From NCBI RefSeq assembly GCF_963921235.1, contig NC_086100.1:201068001-201132000 (forward strand): a stretch of DNA of 64,000 nucleotides. Reading direction: 5' to 3'. The notes under the pieces are model-generated. The model saw only the letters and a list, made by a program, of their open reading frames with translations. It made no database searches and was not told the origin of the DNA. Shown one piece after another: positions 11,340 through 24,582 of the stretch. The position numbers and the translations under genes were made by a program. The stretch comes from Mobula hypostoma. Lineage: Eukaryota. Position 1 is the first letter of the stretch. The number at the start of each line of letters is the position of its first letter.

Positions 11340-12860
11340 CGGTTTGCCCGATGCCTCCTGGGCGCCAGGGTCAGCAACGGCTCCAGGTGGCTGCAGAATA
11401 TCTGAAGGGGAGGGTCAGCAGCCAGAGGTCATGGTGCACGTTGGCACCAATGATGTAGGTAGAAAGGGGAAAGAGGGGATGAGGTCCTACACAGTGAGTC
11501 AAGTCAAGTCAGGTCGCTTTCTATTGTCATTTCGACCATAAATTGCTGGTACAGTGCACAGTAAAAATGAAACAACGTCCTCCAGGACCATGGTGCTGCA
11601 TGAAACAACACAAAACTACACTAGACTAAGTGAGACAACACAAGGCTACACTAGACTACGTAAGACAGCACAAAAACTACACTAGACTACACCTACACAG
11701 GATTACATAAAGTGCACAAAACAGTGCAGGGCAGTACAATAAATAATAAACAAGACAATAGGCACAGTAGAGGACAAATTATAATATAATAATAAATGAT
11801 ATAGATGTCAGTCTAGTCTCTGGGTATTAAGGATATAAGGATATAAGAATATAAGGAATTGGGAAAGACCCAAAGAACAGGACCTGAAAAGTACTTATAA
11901 GACCATAAGATATAGGAGCAGAAGTAGGCCATTTGGCCCATCAAGTCTGCTCCACCATTCAATCATGGGAGGATCCAATTCTTCCATTCGTCCCCACTCC
12001 CCTGCCTTCTCCCCATACCCTTTGATGCCCTGGCTAATCAAGAACCTATCTATCTCTGCCTTAAGTGCACCCAATGACTTGGCCTCCACAGCCGCTCGTG
12101 GCAACAACTTCCACAGATTTACCACCCTCTGAGTAAAGTAATTTCTCCGTATCTCTGTTCTAAATGGACGTCCTTCAATCCTGAAGTCGTGCCCTCTTGT
12201 CCTAGACTCCCCTACCATGGGAAATAACTATGCTATATCTAATCTGTTCAGGCCTTTCAACATTTGGAATGTTTCTCCAAGATCCCCCCTCATTCTCCTG
12301 AACTCCAGGGAATACAAGGCGTTTCGATGGGGTGTTTTGGTCACCTACCTGCAGGAAAGAAGTAAACAAGGTTGAAAGCGTGCAGAAAAAACTTACAAGG
12401 ATGTTGCCGGGTCTGCATGACTAGAGTTATAAGGAAAGATTGAATAGGTTAGGACTTTATTCCTTAGTATGTAGAAGATTTCGAGGAGCTTTGATAAAAA
12501 GTATACAAAATTATGAAGGGTTTAGATAGGGTTAATGCAAGAAGGCTTTTTCCACTGATGTTGGGTGGGACTACAATGAGAGGTCATGGGTTAAGGGTGA
12601 AAGGTGAGAAGTTTAAGGGGAACATGAGGGGAAACTTCTTCACTCAGAGGGACGTAAGAGAGTGGTATGAGATGTCAGCACAAGGGATTCATGCGATCTG
12701 GATTTCAACATTTAAGCGAAGTTTGGATAGGTACGTGGATGGTAGGGGTATGGAGGGCTATGGTCCACATGCATGTTGATGGAAGTAGGCAGTTTAAATG
12801 CTTTCAGCATAGACTAGATGGGCCGAAGGGCCTGTCCTGTGTTGTACTTTTCTCATTTTA
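11340..12860. mobile_element. Cluster: CR1 ORF1 esterase fragment (+), LINE 3'UTR (-), CR1 3' end (-, 11895-12318), CR1 3' end (+, 12320-12860)
   Basis: 'QPEVMVHVGTNDVGR'; 'GESRTRGH..RIEGRPFRTE'; 'GHGLRVKGEKFKGNMRG'. Confidence 0.8.
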
Positions 12861-13603
12861 AAATCTTTTTTATTGATTATTATTGAGATTAACAAAAAAA
12901 TACATTAAAGTAATCAAGTCAACATGTCAATATATACAATGAGGAGTTAAGTTACCAAATAACTGATTAAAAAAAGCTAAAGAATATATCAATAATAACC
13001 AAAAAAAGGTGTTAAGAGTATTTTTTTTTGGAAAAAAGAAAGAAGGAAAAGAGAACCCCTGCTAACTAAAACAAAAGAAAACCCCTGCTAACAAAAAAAC
13101 TGAAAAGAGAAAAAAACATTGGGAGCACGACCCCAGAGCTATACGCCATGCAAGCTTCCATAAAAGACAAACATCAATCCGCCAACTCAAATCCATTTAC
13201 ACAAGAATCAGAAGGGGACCATCTCAATTAACTCAGATCAAATAATAGTAGCGGCAAAAGAACCCCACCTTTTCTCAAAGTCAAATCGAGGATCAAAAGT
13301 TCGACTTCGAATTTTCTCCAAACTAAGACATAGCATCACCTGAGAGAACCATTGTATCAGAGTGGGAACAGAGACATCTTTCCATTTTAATAAAATAGCC
13401 CTTCTGGCCAATAATGTAATAAATGCAATTACATGTTGGTCAGATATAGAAATATCATGAATATATTGAGGATTATACCGAACAAACCAATCAATTTATT
13501 AGCGCAAACACAAGGAATTCTGCAGATGCTGGAAATTCAAGCAACACACATCAAAGTTGCTGGTGAACGCAGCAGGCCAGGCAGCATTTCCAGGAAGAGG
13601 TAC

Positions 13604-13639
13604 AGTCGACGTTTCAGTCCAAGACCCTTCGTCAGGACT
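13604..13639 (-). ncRNA. Minimal hammerhead ribozyme motif (stem II variant)
   Basis: reverse complement AGTC-CTGACGA-AGGGTCTTGGACT-GAAACGTC-GACT. Confidence 0.65.
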
Positions 13640-14432
13640 AACTGAAGGAAGAGTTAGTAAGAGATTTGAAAGTTGGAGGGGGAGGGGGAGATCCAAAATG
13701 ATAGGAGAAGACAGGAGGGGGAGGGATGGAGCCAAGAGTTGGACAGGTGATTGGTAAAAGGGATATGAGAGGATCATGGGACAGGAGGCCTGGGGAGAAA
13801 GAAAAGGGGGAGGGGGGAAAATCCAAAGGATGGGCAAGGGGTATAGTCAGAGGGACAGAGGGAGAAAAAGGAGAGAGAGAGAAAGAATGTGTGTATATAA
13901 ATAAATAACGGATGGGGTACGAGGGGGCTCTGTCTGCCAGAGAAAGCAGGATCTCCCAGTGGCCACACATTTTAATTCCACATCCCATTCCCATTCTGAT
14001 TTGTCTATCCATGGCCTCCTCTACTGTAAAGATGAAGCCACACTCAGGCTGGAGGAACAACACCTTATATTCCATCTGGGTAGCCTCCAACCTGATGGCA
14101 TGAACACTGACTTCTCTAACTTCCACTAATGCCCCACCTCCCCCTTGTACCCTATCCGTTATTTATTTATATACACACATTCTTTCTCTCTCTCTCTCCT
14201 TTTTCTCCCTCTGTCCCTCTCAGTATACCCCTTGCCCATCCTCTGGCCTTTTTTCCCCCCACCCCCTTTTCCTTCTCCCTGGGCCTCCTATCCCATGATC
14301 CTCTCATATCCCTTTTGCCAATCACCTGTCCAGCTCTTGGCTCCATCCCTCCCCCTCCTGTCTTCTCCTATCATTTTGGATCTCCCCCTCCCCCTCCCAC
14401 TTTCAAATCTCTTACTATCTCTTCTTTCAGTT

Positions 14433-14468
14433 AGTCCTGACGAAGGGTCTCGGCCTGAAACGTCGACT
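14433..14468 (+). ncRNA. Minimal hammerhead ribozyme motif
   Basis: AGTC-CTGACGA-AGGGTCTCGGCCT-GAAACGTC-GACT. Confidence 0.8.
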
Positions 14469-15449
14469 GTACCTCTTCCTAGAGATGCTGCCTGGCCTGC
14501 TGCGTTCACCAGCAACTTTGATGTGTGTTGCCTGTCAATTTATTAGGTTGCAAATTAATTTTTAAAGCTTTAGAAATTGTAGAGAAAATAGATTTCCAAA
14601 ACTGTTTCAATACAGAACATGACCAAAACATATGTGTCAATATTGCTGTCTTGGTTTTACATCTATTACATTCACTATCAACATTAGGAAACATTTTAGA
14701 CAGTCTTTCCTTTGTCAAATAGTAATGATGTAAAAATTTAAATTGAATTAGAGAATGACTGGCACAAAACGAAGAAGAGTTAACCAACTTCAAAATTCGT
14801 AACCAATCCTCTGTTATCGAGGTCATGTTACGCTCTCTTTCCCGATCTTGCTTAATCTTAAGTAAAGGATAGTTATCCTGTTGTAATAATAAATTATACA
14901 TTTTCCCAATGAAACCTTTCACTAAAGGGTTCATTTTTAAAATAACGTCTAACAGGTCAGAGTCTTGTATATATGGAAAATTACTTAAATATTCTTGTAA
15001 GAAATGTCTGACCTGAAGATATTGCAAGAAATGTGAGTACGAGAGAGAGTATTTAGTTACTAATTTCTCAAAAGACATCAATCAGCCTTCTTGGAACAGA
15101 TCCATGAAGGAATAGACTCCTTTATTCCTCCAAAGAAAAAAGGTAGGATCACTTAAAGAAGGTTTAAATAAATAATTTTGATAAACTAAACTGAGAAGGT
15201 TAAATTTTTTGAGATTAAAAAAATTACAAAACTGGTACCAAATTCGTAACGACTGCTCAATCATAGGATATAAATTTGGGTTAGAAATTTTGGCCAGTTG
15301 TACAGATAAAGAAGCTCCTAAATAACGAGGTTAAGTAAAACTGTTTCACAGCTTTCAATTCCTAATCAACCCAAGGTGGTCGTTCATTTTTATCAGCCCA
15401 ATATAACCAGGAACACATATAACGTATAACGTGTCGTACTTTTCTATGA

Positions 15450-15915
15450 CTTTATGATGCTATGTTGGAGTCAGCATGGTTTCCTTAAGGGGAAACCTTG
15501 TCTGGCAAATCTGTTGGGAGTTTTTGAGGAAATAACGGGGAGGATAGACAAAGGAGAGTCGGCAGATATAGTTTACTTGGATTTTCAGAAGGCCTTTGAC
15601 AAGGTGCCACACATGAGGCTGCTTAGCAAGATAAAAGCCCTCAGTATTTCAGAAAGGATACTAGAGGGGATAGAAGATTGGCTGACTGCCAAGAGGCTAA
15701 GTGTGGGAATAAAAGGAACCTGTTCTGGTTGGATGCCAGTGACAAGTAGTGTTCCACAGTGGTTAGAATTGGGACCGCTTCTTTTCAGGTTATCTGACAA
15801 CGATTTGGATGAAGGAATTAATGGATCTGTGGCCACATTTGCAGACGATACGAAGATAAGTGGAGGGACAAGTAATGTTGAGGAAACAGGGAGTCTGGAT
15901 TTAGAACAGAGATGA
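15450..15915 (+). mobile_element. CR1 RT fragment
   Basis: SQHGF, DFQKAFDKVPH, FADDTK. Confidence 0.9.
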
Positions 15916-15960
15916 GATGCCAGATGGTGGTGAATCTGTGGAATTCTCTGCTATGGATGT

Positions 15961-16623
15961 GTCTAAGAACACTGAGGCTGTCTACAAGAAGGGTCAGAGC
16001 CGTCTCTATTTACTGAGGAGACTGAGGTCCTTTAACATCTGCAGGATGATGCTGAGGATGTTCTACGAGTCTGTGGTGGCCAGTGCTATCATGTTTGCTG
16101 TTGTGTGCTGGGGCAGCAGGCTGAGGGTAGCAGACACCAACAGAATCAACAAACTCATTAGTAACACCAGTGAAGTTGTAGGGATGGAACTGGACTCTCT
16201 CACAGTGGTGTCTGAAAAAAGGATGCTGTCCAAGTTGCATGCCATCTTGGTCAATGTCTCCCATCCACTACATAATGTACTGGGTAGGCACAGGAGTACA
16301 TTCAGCCAGAGTCTCATTCCACCGAGATGCAACACAGAGCGTCATAGGAAGTCATTCCTGTCTGTGGCCATCAAACTTTACAACTCCTCCCTTGGAGGGT
16401 CAGACACCCCAAACCAATAGGCTGGTACTGGACTTATTTCATAATTTACTGGCATAAATTACATATTACTATTTAACTATTTATTACTATTTTCTATTAC
16501 TATTTATTATTTCCATGATTATTACTATTTCTATTACTGTTTATTATTTATGGTGCAACTATAATGAAAACCAATTTCCCCCGGGATCAATAAAGTATGA
16601 CTATGACTATGACTATGACTATG
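15961..16623 (+). mobile_element. Rex1/Babar-like LINE 3' end with (GACTAT)n tail
   Basis: 'KKGQSRLYLLRRLRSFNIC...FYESVVASAI'; AATAAA followed by (TATGAC)n. Confidence 0.9.
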
Positions 16624-16855
16624 TAAACTTAAAGCAGATGTTGATAGATTCCTGATTAGTCTGGGTGGTAAAGGTTACAGGGAGAAGGTAGGAGAATGGA
16701 GCTGAGGTTAATAATCAGCCATGATAGAATGGCAGAGCAGACTCGATGGGCCAAGTGGCCTCATTCTCCTCCTACGTCTTATGGTCTCCTGGTCTATTTG
16801 GGCCCATAGGTTCTCGGTAAATCCAGTGAGCAGCTCTTCACTCTTCTCCCTGCAG

Positions 16856-17022
16856 TATTACAGACCATTTAACGTCCGGATCGCTCTGATTGGAGTTGAG
16901 GTGTGGACCCAGGACCAAGTCACAGTGGACAGGGATGCCGGGAAAATGCTGACCCAATTCCTTCAGTGGAGAAAGAATAGCCTGCTCCCCCGGCTGTACA
17001 ACGACAACGCACAGCTCGTTCT
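16856..17022 (+). CDS. adam15: ADAM15-like exon B, YYRPFNVRIALIGVEVWTQDQ...FLQWRKNSLLPRLYNDNAQLV(L)
   Basis: ctcttctccctgcag|TAT...GTT CT|gtgagt; 167 nt, phase 0/2; reprolysin motifs 'RPLNVRIALVGLEVW' and 'LLPR..DNAQL'. Confidence 0.93.
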
Positions 17023-17239
17023 GTGAGTGCTTCACACCATCTCTCTCGTAAACTCCCGTCGTTCTGCAGTAGGTAACTGTGAATCTTTTCACTCATCGTC
17101 AGAATGTCGACATCTCTGGAAGGACGATATTTAGTGGATACTCTTTAAGAAGGGAGGGAGGCAGAAGAAGGAAATTATACTATCATGGCTGCTTTATTAT
17201 CCCCTTCTACTACCTTCACCCAGCCTTTGGCAGTCCAGT

Positions 17240-17572
17240 TAACCTAGATCCCATTATACTTTGACACCATGGTTACTCTAGAACCCACCAACCTTTGACA
17301 CCCTGGTTGATCTAGAACATATCAACATTTGATACCCTGATCAATTTAGAACCCATCAATCCTTGACACCCTGATTAATCTAGGGTCCGTCAACCTTTGG
17401 TGTCCCAATTTAATCGAGAACCCATGTACCTTTGACACCGTGATTAATTTAGAACCCATTGGCCTTTGTACCCAGACTAATCTGGAACCCATCAACTGTG
17501 ACACACAGGCTAATCTAGAACCCATCAATTTTTGACACTTTGATCAATCTAGAACCTGATGAATCTAGAACC
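17240..17572. repeat. Degenerate 34-bp tandem repeat, about 10 copies
   Basis: unit approx TCTAGAACCCATCAACCTTTGACACCCTGATTAA. Confidence 0.85.
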
Positions 17573-18083
17573 TATTACCATCACCTTAAATATAACCAAT
17601 GACTTGGTCTGCTCAGCTTTCTGTGACAATGAATTCATCATCCACTGGGTAAGGAAATTCCTCCTCGCCTCTGTTCTAAATGGACATCCCTCTATTCTGA
17701 GGCTGTGTCCTCTGGTCCTATACTCCCCCAATGCAGGAAACATCCTCTCCACGTCCACTCTATCTAAGCCTTTCAATATTCAATAGATATCCCCCTTCTA
17801 AACTCCAGCAAGTACAGATGTTAGAATCCGTTACTAAGAATGAGGATTTGGAGGCACATAATAATGTAGATCAAAGTCACCATGGTTTCCTTAAGGGAAG
17901 ATCTTGCCTGACAAATCTGTTGTAATTTTTTGAAGAAGTAACAAGCAGGTTGGGAAAAACAGAGAATTGGTGGATGTTGTGTATTCAGATTTTCAGAAGG
18001 TCTTTGACCAGGTGCCGCACAAGAGGTTGCTTAGCAAGGTAAGATCCCGTGGAATTATAGGAAAGATTCTAGCATGGATAGTA

Positions 18084-18350
18084 GGGGAGCTGCAGTAGCG
18101 TAGTGGTTAGCATCATACGTTACAGCTCAGGGCATTCCGGACTTTGGAGATCAACTCCGGTGCCATTCTCTACGGAGTCTGTGCACACCCTTCCCATGGA
18201 ATTAGAGTTTTCCCTAATTTCCTCCCATAGTCCAAAGACGTACCAGCTGGGTTAATTGGTCATTGTACATTGTCCCGTGATGAGGTCAGAGTTAGTGGGG
18301 TTTGTCAGTGGTCACTGGACCTACTCCATGCTGTATCTGAATAAAGAAGT
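18084..18350 (+). mobile_element. tRNA-derived V-domain SINE (HE1-like) inserted in CR1
   Basis: A-box TAGCGTAGTGG (18096-18106), B-box-like GATCAACTCC, V-domain-like TTTCCTCCCATAGTCCAAAGAC, AATAAA tail. Confidence 0.75.
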
Positions 18351-18541
18351 AACATTGGCAGGAGGCAAAGAGTCGGAATAAATAGGGGCTATTCTGGTTG
18401 GCTGCCGCTCTGTAGAGGTCAGTATTGGGAATACCTCTTTTCGTGTTGTATGTCAGCGATTTAGATGACAGAATTGATGGCTTTGTTGCCAAGTTTGCAA
18501 ATGATACGAAGATAGGTGGAGGGGTAGGTAGTGTTGAGGAA

Positions 18542-18704
18542 CATCCGTGGAAAAGATCTGTCGACGTTTCGGGCCGGAACCCTTCGTCAGGACCTTCGTC
18601 AGGAAGGGTTCCGGCCTGAAACGTCGAGCTGCCCGACCTGCTGAGCTCCTCCAGCATGTTGTGAGTATTGCTTTGACCCCAGCATCAGCAGATTATTTTG
18701 TGTT
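18542..18704. mobile_element. 163-bp PLE-derived fold-back mini-insertion with a minus-strand hammerhead motif (18560-18593)
   Basis: 13-bp TSD TAGTGTTGAGGAA at 18529-18541 and 18705-18717; inverted repeat 18561-18585 / 18603-18627. Confidence 0.88.
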
Positions 18705-20404
18705 TAGTGTTGAGGAAGCAGGGAGTCTGCCTGGGACTTTGGGAAAATGGGCAAAGATGTGGCATTTGGAATATGGTGAATGCAAGTGTATTTTCATACA
18801 CTTTGCCAGCAGGAATACAGGCATAGACGATTCTCTAAACGGGGAGAAAATTGAAAAATCAGAAGTGAAAAGGGACTTGGGAGTCCTTGTGCAGGATTCC
18901 CTAAAGGTTAACATGCTGATTGAGTTGGTGGTAAGGAAGGCAATTGCAATGTTAGCAATCGTTTCAAGAGGACGAGAATATAAGAGCAAGTATATGATGC
19001 TGAGGCTTTACAGGACATTGGTCAGACAGCACTTGGAGTATTGTGAGCAGTTTTGGGCTTTTATTTGAGTAAAGATGTGCTGGCTTTGGACAGGGTCCAG
19101 AGGAGGTTCATGGAATTATTCCGAGAATGAAATGGATAACGTATGATAAGTGTTTGATGGCTCCGGACCTGTACTCACTGGAGTTCAGAAGAATTAGGGG
19201 GATCACATTGAAACATATCGAAGATCAAAAGTGCTAGATAGAATCAATATGGAGAGGATGTTTCCTCTAGTAAGGGAGTCCAGGACCAGCCTCAAAATAG
19301 AAGGATGTCTCTTCAGTACAGAGATGAGGAGAAATTTCTTTAGCCAGATAGTGAAGAATCTGTGCAATTCATTGCCACAGACTGTTGTGGAGGCCCAGTC
19401 ATTGGGTCTATTTAGAGCGGAGGTTGATAGGTTCTTGATTAGTAAGGTTATGGAGAGAAGGCAGGAGAATGGGGTTGAGAGGGACGATTGAATGGCAGAG
19501 TTGACTCCATGGGAAAGGTGGCCTAATTCTACTCCTATGTCCTTTGGTCTTATGTTCATCTTGAGTTGCATTTGAGCAGTTGTTGATGTGTTGTCATTGG
19601 AGAGGGTCCAGAGGAGGTTCATGAGAATGATTCTGGGAACGAAGGGGTTAACATATGAGGAGCATTTGGCAGCTTTGGCCCTGTACTCACTGGAATTTGG
19701 AAGAACGCTGGGGGGATCTCATTGAAGCATATCGAAAGTTGACAAGACTAAATAGGGTGGATGTGGAGAGGATGTTTCCTTTGGTTGGGGTACCCAGAAC
19801 TAGAGGGCACAGCCTCAGAATTGAGGAGCAACCCTTTAGAATGACTTGACTTTATTTATTTCTTACATCCTTTACATACATGAGGAGTAAAAATCTTTAC
19901 ATTATGTCTCCATCTAAATGTGCAATGTGCAATCAGAGTAATTTATAATAATTTATAATAAATAGAACAGTTGAAGGAATATAGAGTACACTCAGATCAG
20001 TGTGAGTTCATCAGTCTGATGGCCTGGTGGAAGAAGCTGTCCCGGAGCCTGTTGGTCCTGGCTTTTATGCTGTGGTACCATTTCCCGGATGGTAGCAGCT
20101 GGAATAGATTGTGGTTGGGATGACTTGGGTCCCTAATGATCCTATGGGACCTTTTTACACACCTTTCCTTGTAAATGTCCTTACAGAGGTAGGGAGAAAT
20201 TTTTTTTTAGCCAGAGAGTAGTAAATCTGTGGAATGCTCTGCCACAGACTGCAGTGGAGAACCTATCCATGTGTATATTTAAGGCGGAAGTTGATAGTTT
20301 CCTGATCGGTCAGGGTATCAAAGGATATTGCGAGAAGGCAGGTGTATGGGGTTGAGAGGGATCCAGGATCAGCCATGATGAAATGGCAGAGCAGACTCGA
20401 TAGG

Positions 20405-20935
20405 TGGAATCATGTTCTCAGCTGTGGCGTGATTCTGGGCAAACCCTGGGTGTTCTCACCTGAGACATGGTTCTCATTGAATGCCTTGGGTTCTCACTTG
20501 AGGGATGATTCCAGGAGACACATGGGGAATCTCACCCAAAAAGTGATTCTGGGTGATTCCTGGGTATTCTCATCTGAAGTGTGAATGCAAGGCGTTCTCA
20601 CCAGACGCATGATTCTGGGTGAATCCCGAGTTTTCTCAGCTGAAGTGTGGTTCTGTGTGAATCCTGGGCAATCTCACTTGAGGTGTGATTCTGGACAAAC
20701 CCTGGGCGTTCTCACTTCAGACGTGGTTCTGGGTGAATGATGGGCATTCTAACCTGAGGCATGAGTCTGGGTGAAAGCTGGGCATTCTTGCCTGAGGCTT
20801 GATTTTGGGCAAACCCTGAGTGTTCTCACCTGAGACATGATTCTGAGTAAATACCGGGAGTACACACCTGGTACATGAGTCTGGATGAATGCTGGGTGTT
20901 CTCACCTGAGGTGTAATTCTGTGTGAATCTTGTGT
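20405..20935. repeat. Degenerate 38-bp tandem repeat, about 13 copies
   Basis: unit approx GATTCTGGGTGAATCCTGGGCGTTCTCACCTGAGGCGT. Confidence 0.85.
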
Positions 20936-21719
20936 ATTAGCAAGCCACAAACTACAGTTCAAGGATGATAAGGGATGATCATTGCCAGGATGTCCTGAAT
21001 CTTATTACATGTATAATTATTAAAGTTATAAATTAGAAACACAGATGTAGACATTTGTATTTTTGACACCATAAAATGAAGAGCAGGGCAAGGCCACTCT
21101 GCCCCTTGAGCCTGCTGTACCCTGGCTGATCCAGCTGTGATTTTAGCACCACTCCTCCTACCCTTCCATACAAATGTCTGTCAGTCTTTGCCTTGATGTT
21201 ATTAAGCAATTCAAACTTGGAAATCCTTTGAAAGAATTCCAAAGTCTCATGATTTTCCGAGAGGAGATTCCTCCTCTTTTTTCTCTGTCTGAAGTGGATG
21301 ACTGCTCTCTTGTTCAAATACCTCAGCACAATAGCACTGCTCAGAATTTTATGTTTCAGTAAGGTTACCTCTCATTCCTTCAAACTCCAGAGAGTTTCAG
21401 CCCAGCTCGGCTTATAATTAACCTCTCTTCATGCACACTGTAGAGCATAGAACACCCAGCACAGTACAGGCCCTTCAGCCCATCATGTTGTGTTGAATTT
21501 TTAACTTACTTTAAGATCAATCTAACCCTTCCCTCTCTACTACCTGTGTGCCTACTTAAGAGTCTCTCATCTAGGGACTCACCACGAATGTATCTGCTTC
21601 AACACCATCATGGCAGTGTATTCCAAACACACACCACTCTCTGTGTAAAAACCTACATCTGACCCCCCCCCCCCTTTACCACCATCCCTGACAATGTATT
21701 CCAAACACACACCACTCTT

Positions 21720-24192
21720 GGCCAAAGCAAATTGGAAGGAGATGCTGGCAGGGATGACAGCAGAGCAGCGATAGCGTGTGTTTTGAGGAAAAGTGAGGAA
21801 GTTGCAGGATAGATGTATTCCAAAAATGAAGAAATGCTCACATGGCAAAATCGTGCAACCATGGCTCACAATGGAACTCAGAGCGAATGTAAAAGCAAAA
21901 GAGAGGGCATACAACGAAGCAAAAAATAGTGTGAAGACAGAGGATTGGAAAGCTTTTAAAACCCTACAGAGAGTAACTAAAAGAATCATTGGGAGGGAAA
22001 AGAAGAAATTTGAAAGCAAGCTAGCAAACAATATCAAAGTGGTTACTAAAACCTTTTTCCATGCATGTAAAAATAACAGAGAGATGAAAATGGATGTAGG
22101 ACTACTAGAAAATGAGACTGGAGAAGTAATAATGAGGGACAAGGAGATGCTGGATGAGCTGAATGAGTATTTTGCAAGACACTAGCAAGGTGCCAGCTGT
22201 TGAAGGGTGTGAGGGCAGAGAAGTGGGTGCAGTTACTATTACAAGGAAGAAGGTGCTCAAAAAGCTAAAGACCCAAAGGTTCATAAGTTACCCGGACTTG
22301 ATGACCAGCACCCTGGCATTCTGAAAGATGTAGCGGTAGAGATTGTGGAGGCATTAGGAATGATCTTTCAAAAATTTTTTGACTCTGGAATGGTGTCAGA
22401 GGAGTGGAAATTTGCAAATGTTACTCCACTCTTTAAGAAAGGAGGAAGACAACAGAAAGGAAATTATAGACCAGTTAGCCTGACCTCAGTGGTTGGGAGG
22501 ATGTTAGAGTCAATTGTTAAGGATGAGGTGATGGAGTACTTGGTGACACAGGACAAGATAGTACAAAGTCAGCATGGTTTCCTTCAGGGAAAATCCTTCC
22601 TGACAAACCTGTTGGAATTCTTTGAGGAGATTACAAATAGGATAGATAAAGGGAATGCAGGGGATGTTGTTTATTTTGGACTTTCAGAAGGCCTTTGACA
22701 AGGTGCTTACAAAAAGCCCATGGTATTACAGGAAAGTTACAAACATGATTAGAGCATTGGCTAATTGGTAGTAGGCAGCAAGTGGGAAAAAAGGATCGTT
22801 TTCTGGTTGGCTGCCGGTGACTAGTGGTGTTCCGCAGGGGTTGGTGTTGGGACCACTTTTTTATGTTGTATATAAATGATTTAGATGATGGAACAGAAAC
22901 ATAGAAAACATAGAAAACCTACAGCACAACACAGGCCCTTCGGCCCACAAAGCTGTGCCGAACATGTTCCTACATTAGAAATTACCTAGGGTTACTCATA
23001 GCCCTCTATTTTTCCGTGCTCTATGTACCTGTCCAGGAGTCTCTTAAAAGATCCTATCATATCCGCTTCTACCACTGTCGCCGGCAGCCCATTCCACGGA
23101 CTCACCTCTCTCTGTGTAAAAAAACTTACCCCTGACATCTCCTCTGTACCTACTTCCAAACACCTTAAAACGGTGCCCTTTTGTGCTAGCCATTTCAGCC
23201 CTCGGGAGAAGCCTCTGACTATCCACATGATCAATGCCTCTCATCATCTTATACACCTCTATAGATGAAAAGATGGCTTTGTTGCCAAGTTTGCAGATGA
23301 TACGAAGATTGGTGGAGGGGCAGGTAATGTTGAGGAAACTGGTAGGCTGCAGAAGGACTTAGACAGATTAGGAGAATGGGCAAAAAGGTGGCAAATGAAA
23401 TACAATGTTGGAAAATGCACGGTCATGCACTTTGGTAGAAGAAATAAATGTGCAAACTATTTTCTAAATGGGGAGAAAATCCAAAAATCTGAGATGCAAA
23501 GGGACTTGGGAGTCCTTGTGCAGAACACCCTGAAGGTTAACTTGCTGACTGAGTCAGTGGTGAGGAAGGCAAATGCCATGTTAGCATTCATTTCAGGCGG
23601 TTAAGAATACAAGAGCAGGGATGTGATGCTGAGGCTTTATAAAGCACTGGTGAGGCCTCACCTTGAGTATTGTTAACAGTTCTGGGCTCCTCACCTACGA
23701 AAAGATAAGCTGGCTTTGGAAAAGGTTCAGAGTAGGTTCACAAGGATGATTCTGGGAATGAAAGCTTTTTCAGATGAGGAACTTTTGATAGCTCTGGGTC
23801 TGTACTCACTGGAATTCAGAAGAATGAGGGGGGACCTTATTGAAATATTTCAAATGTTTAAAGGCACATGGTAGATGTGGAAAGGATATTTCCCATGGTG
23901 GGGAAGTCCAGGACAAGAGGGCACAGCCTCAGGATAGAGGGCTGTTCATTTAAAACAGAGATGCAGAGAAATTTCTTTAGCCATATGGTGGTGAATTTGT
24001 GGAATTTATTACTCAAGCAGCTGTGGAGGCCAGGTCATGGGTGTAATTAAGACAGAGCTTGATTGGTTCTTGATTGGACACAGCATCAAAGTGGGGCTGA
24101 GGAGGGAAAGAAAAAGGATCAGCCATGATTGAATGGCGGATCGGACTGATGGACCAAATGGCCTAGTTCTTCTCCTATGTCTCATGGTCTTA
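21720..24192 (+). mobile_element. CR1 LINE (ORF2 3' part) interrupted by a minus-strand CR1 3' end (~22895-23262)
   Basis: 'NVTPLFKKG...NYRPVSLTSVVG', FADDTK, TCTTAT tail. Confidence 0.9.
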
Positions 24193-24582
24193 TCTAAAGC
24201 TCCTTACTTTTAGACTTCATATACTTTGCACTGAAGACAGACATCCTATAGGTCCTTCCTAGTTAGCTGCGTACACACAGGCCAGACCCCAGTGCACTAC
24301 GATCCGCAGATCCCTAGGTCCTGCACCATTTTGTAATCTCCTGTGTTTAAATGCTAATCTGCTCCTTCATTCCTTCTTTCACAATGAGTAGAGTCCTCGA
24401 GACACGCAGCACAGAAGCAGGCCGTTCAGCACAACTGGTCCACGCCAGGCAATGTGTTCCATTTGCCAGTTCTATTCATGTATCTGTGCAAATATATTAC
24501 AAAAGTTGTTACTGTACCTGCTCCAAATACTTGCTCTGGCAGCTAATTCCACAGAGGTACACTCTTTGTGGTAAAACTTTGC

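Larger units (their letters stand above)
13503..14534. mobile_element. PLE insertion with inverted 5' arm (minus-strand 3'UTR 13503-13927; plus-strand GIY-YIG end + 3'UTR 13927-14534)
   Basis: 12-bp TSD TCAATTTATTAG at 13491-13502 and 14535-14546; both arms homologous to 4738-5332. Confidence 0.92.
12862..15430 (-). mobile_element. L1-clade LINE, 3' part of ORF2 and 3'UTR, split by a PLE
   Basis: 'C.RC....LTHMFWSC..L..FW' CCHC knuckle; reading 'ALKINLQPNKLIGLFGII' is restored when 13503-14534 and one TSD copy are removed. Confidence 0.88.
17580..20405. mobile_element. CR1 fragments (mostly +) carrying nested SINE, PLE mini-insert and a minus-strand Rex-like 3' end (~19843-20180)
   Basis: CR1 RT and C-terminal ORFs 18425-19068, 19231-19491, 19655-19849. 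Confidence 0.85.

Noticed and set aside
11344..11490. SGNH esterase host exon
   Set aside because: Matches the CR1 ORF1 esterase region; decayed fragment
18084..18165. tRNA gene
   Set aside because: A/B-box-like head continues into a V-domain and LINE-like tail, so it is a SINE; no clean cloverleaf
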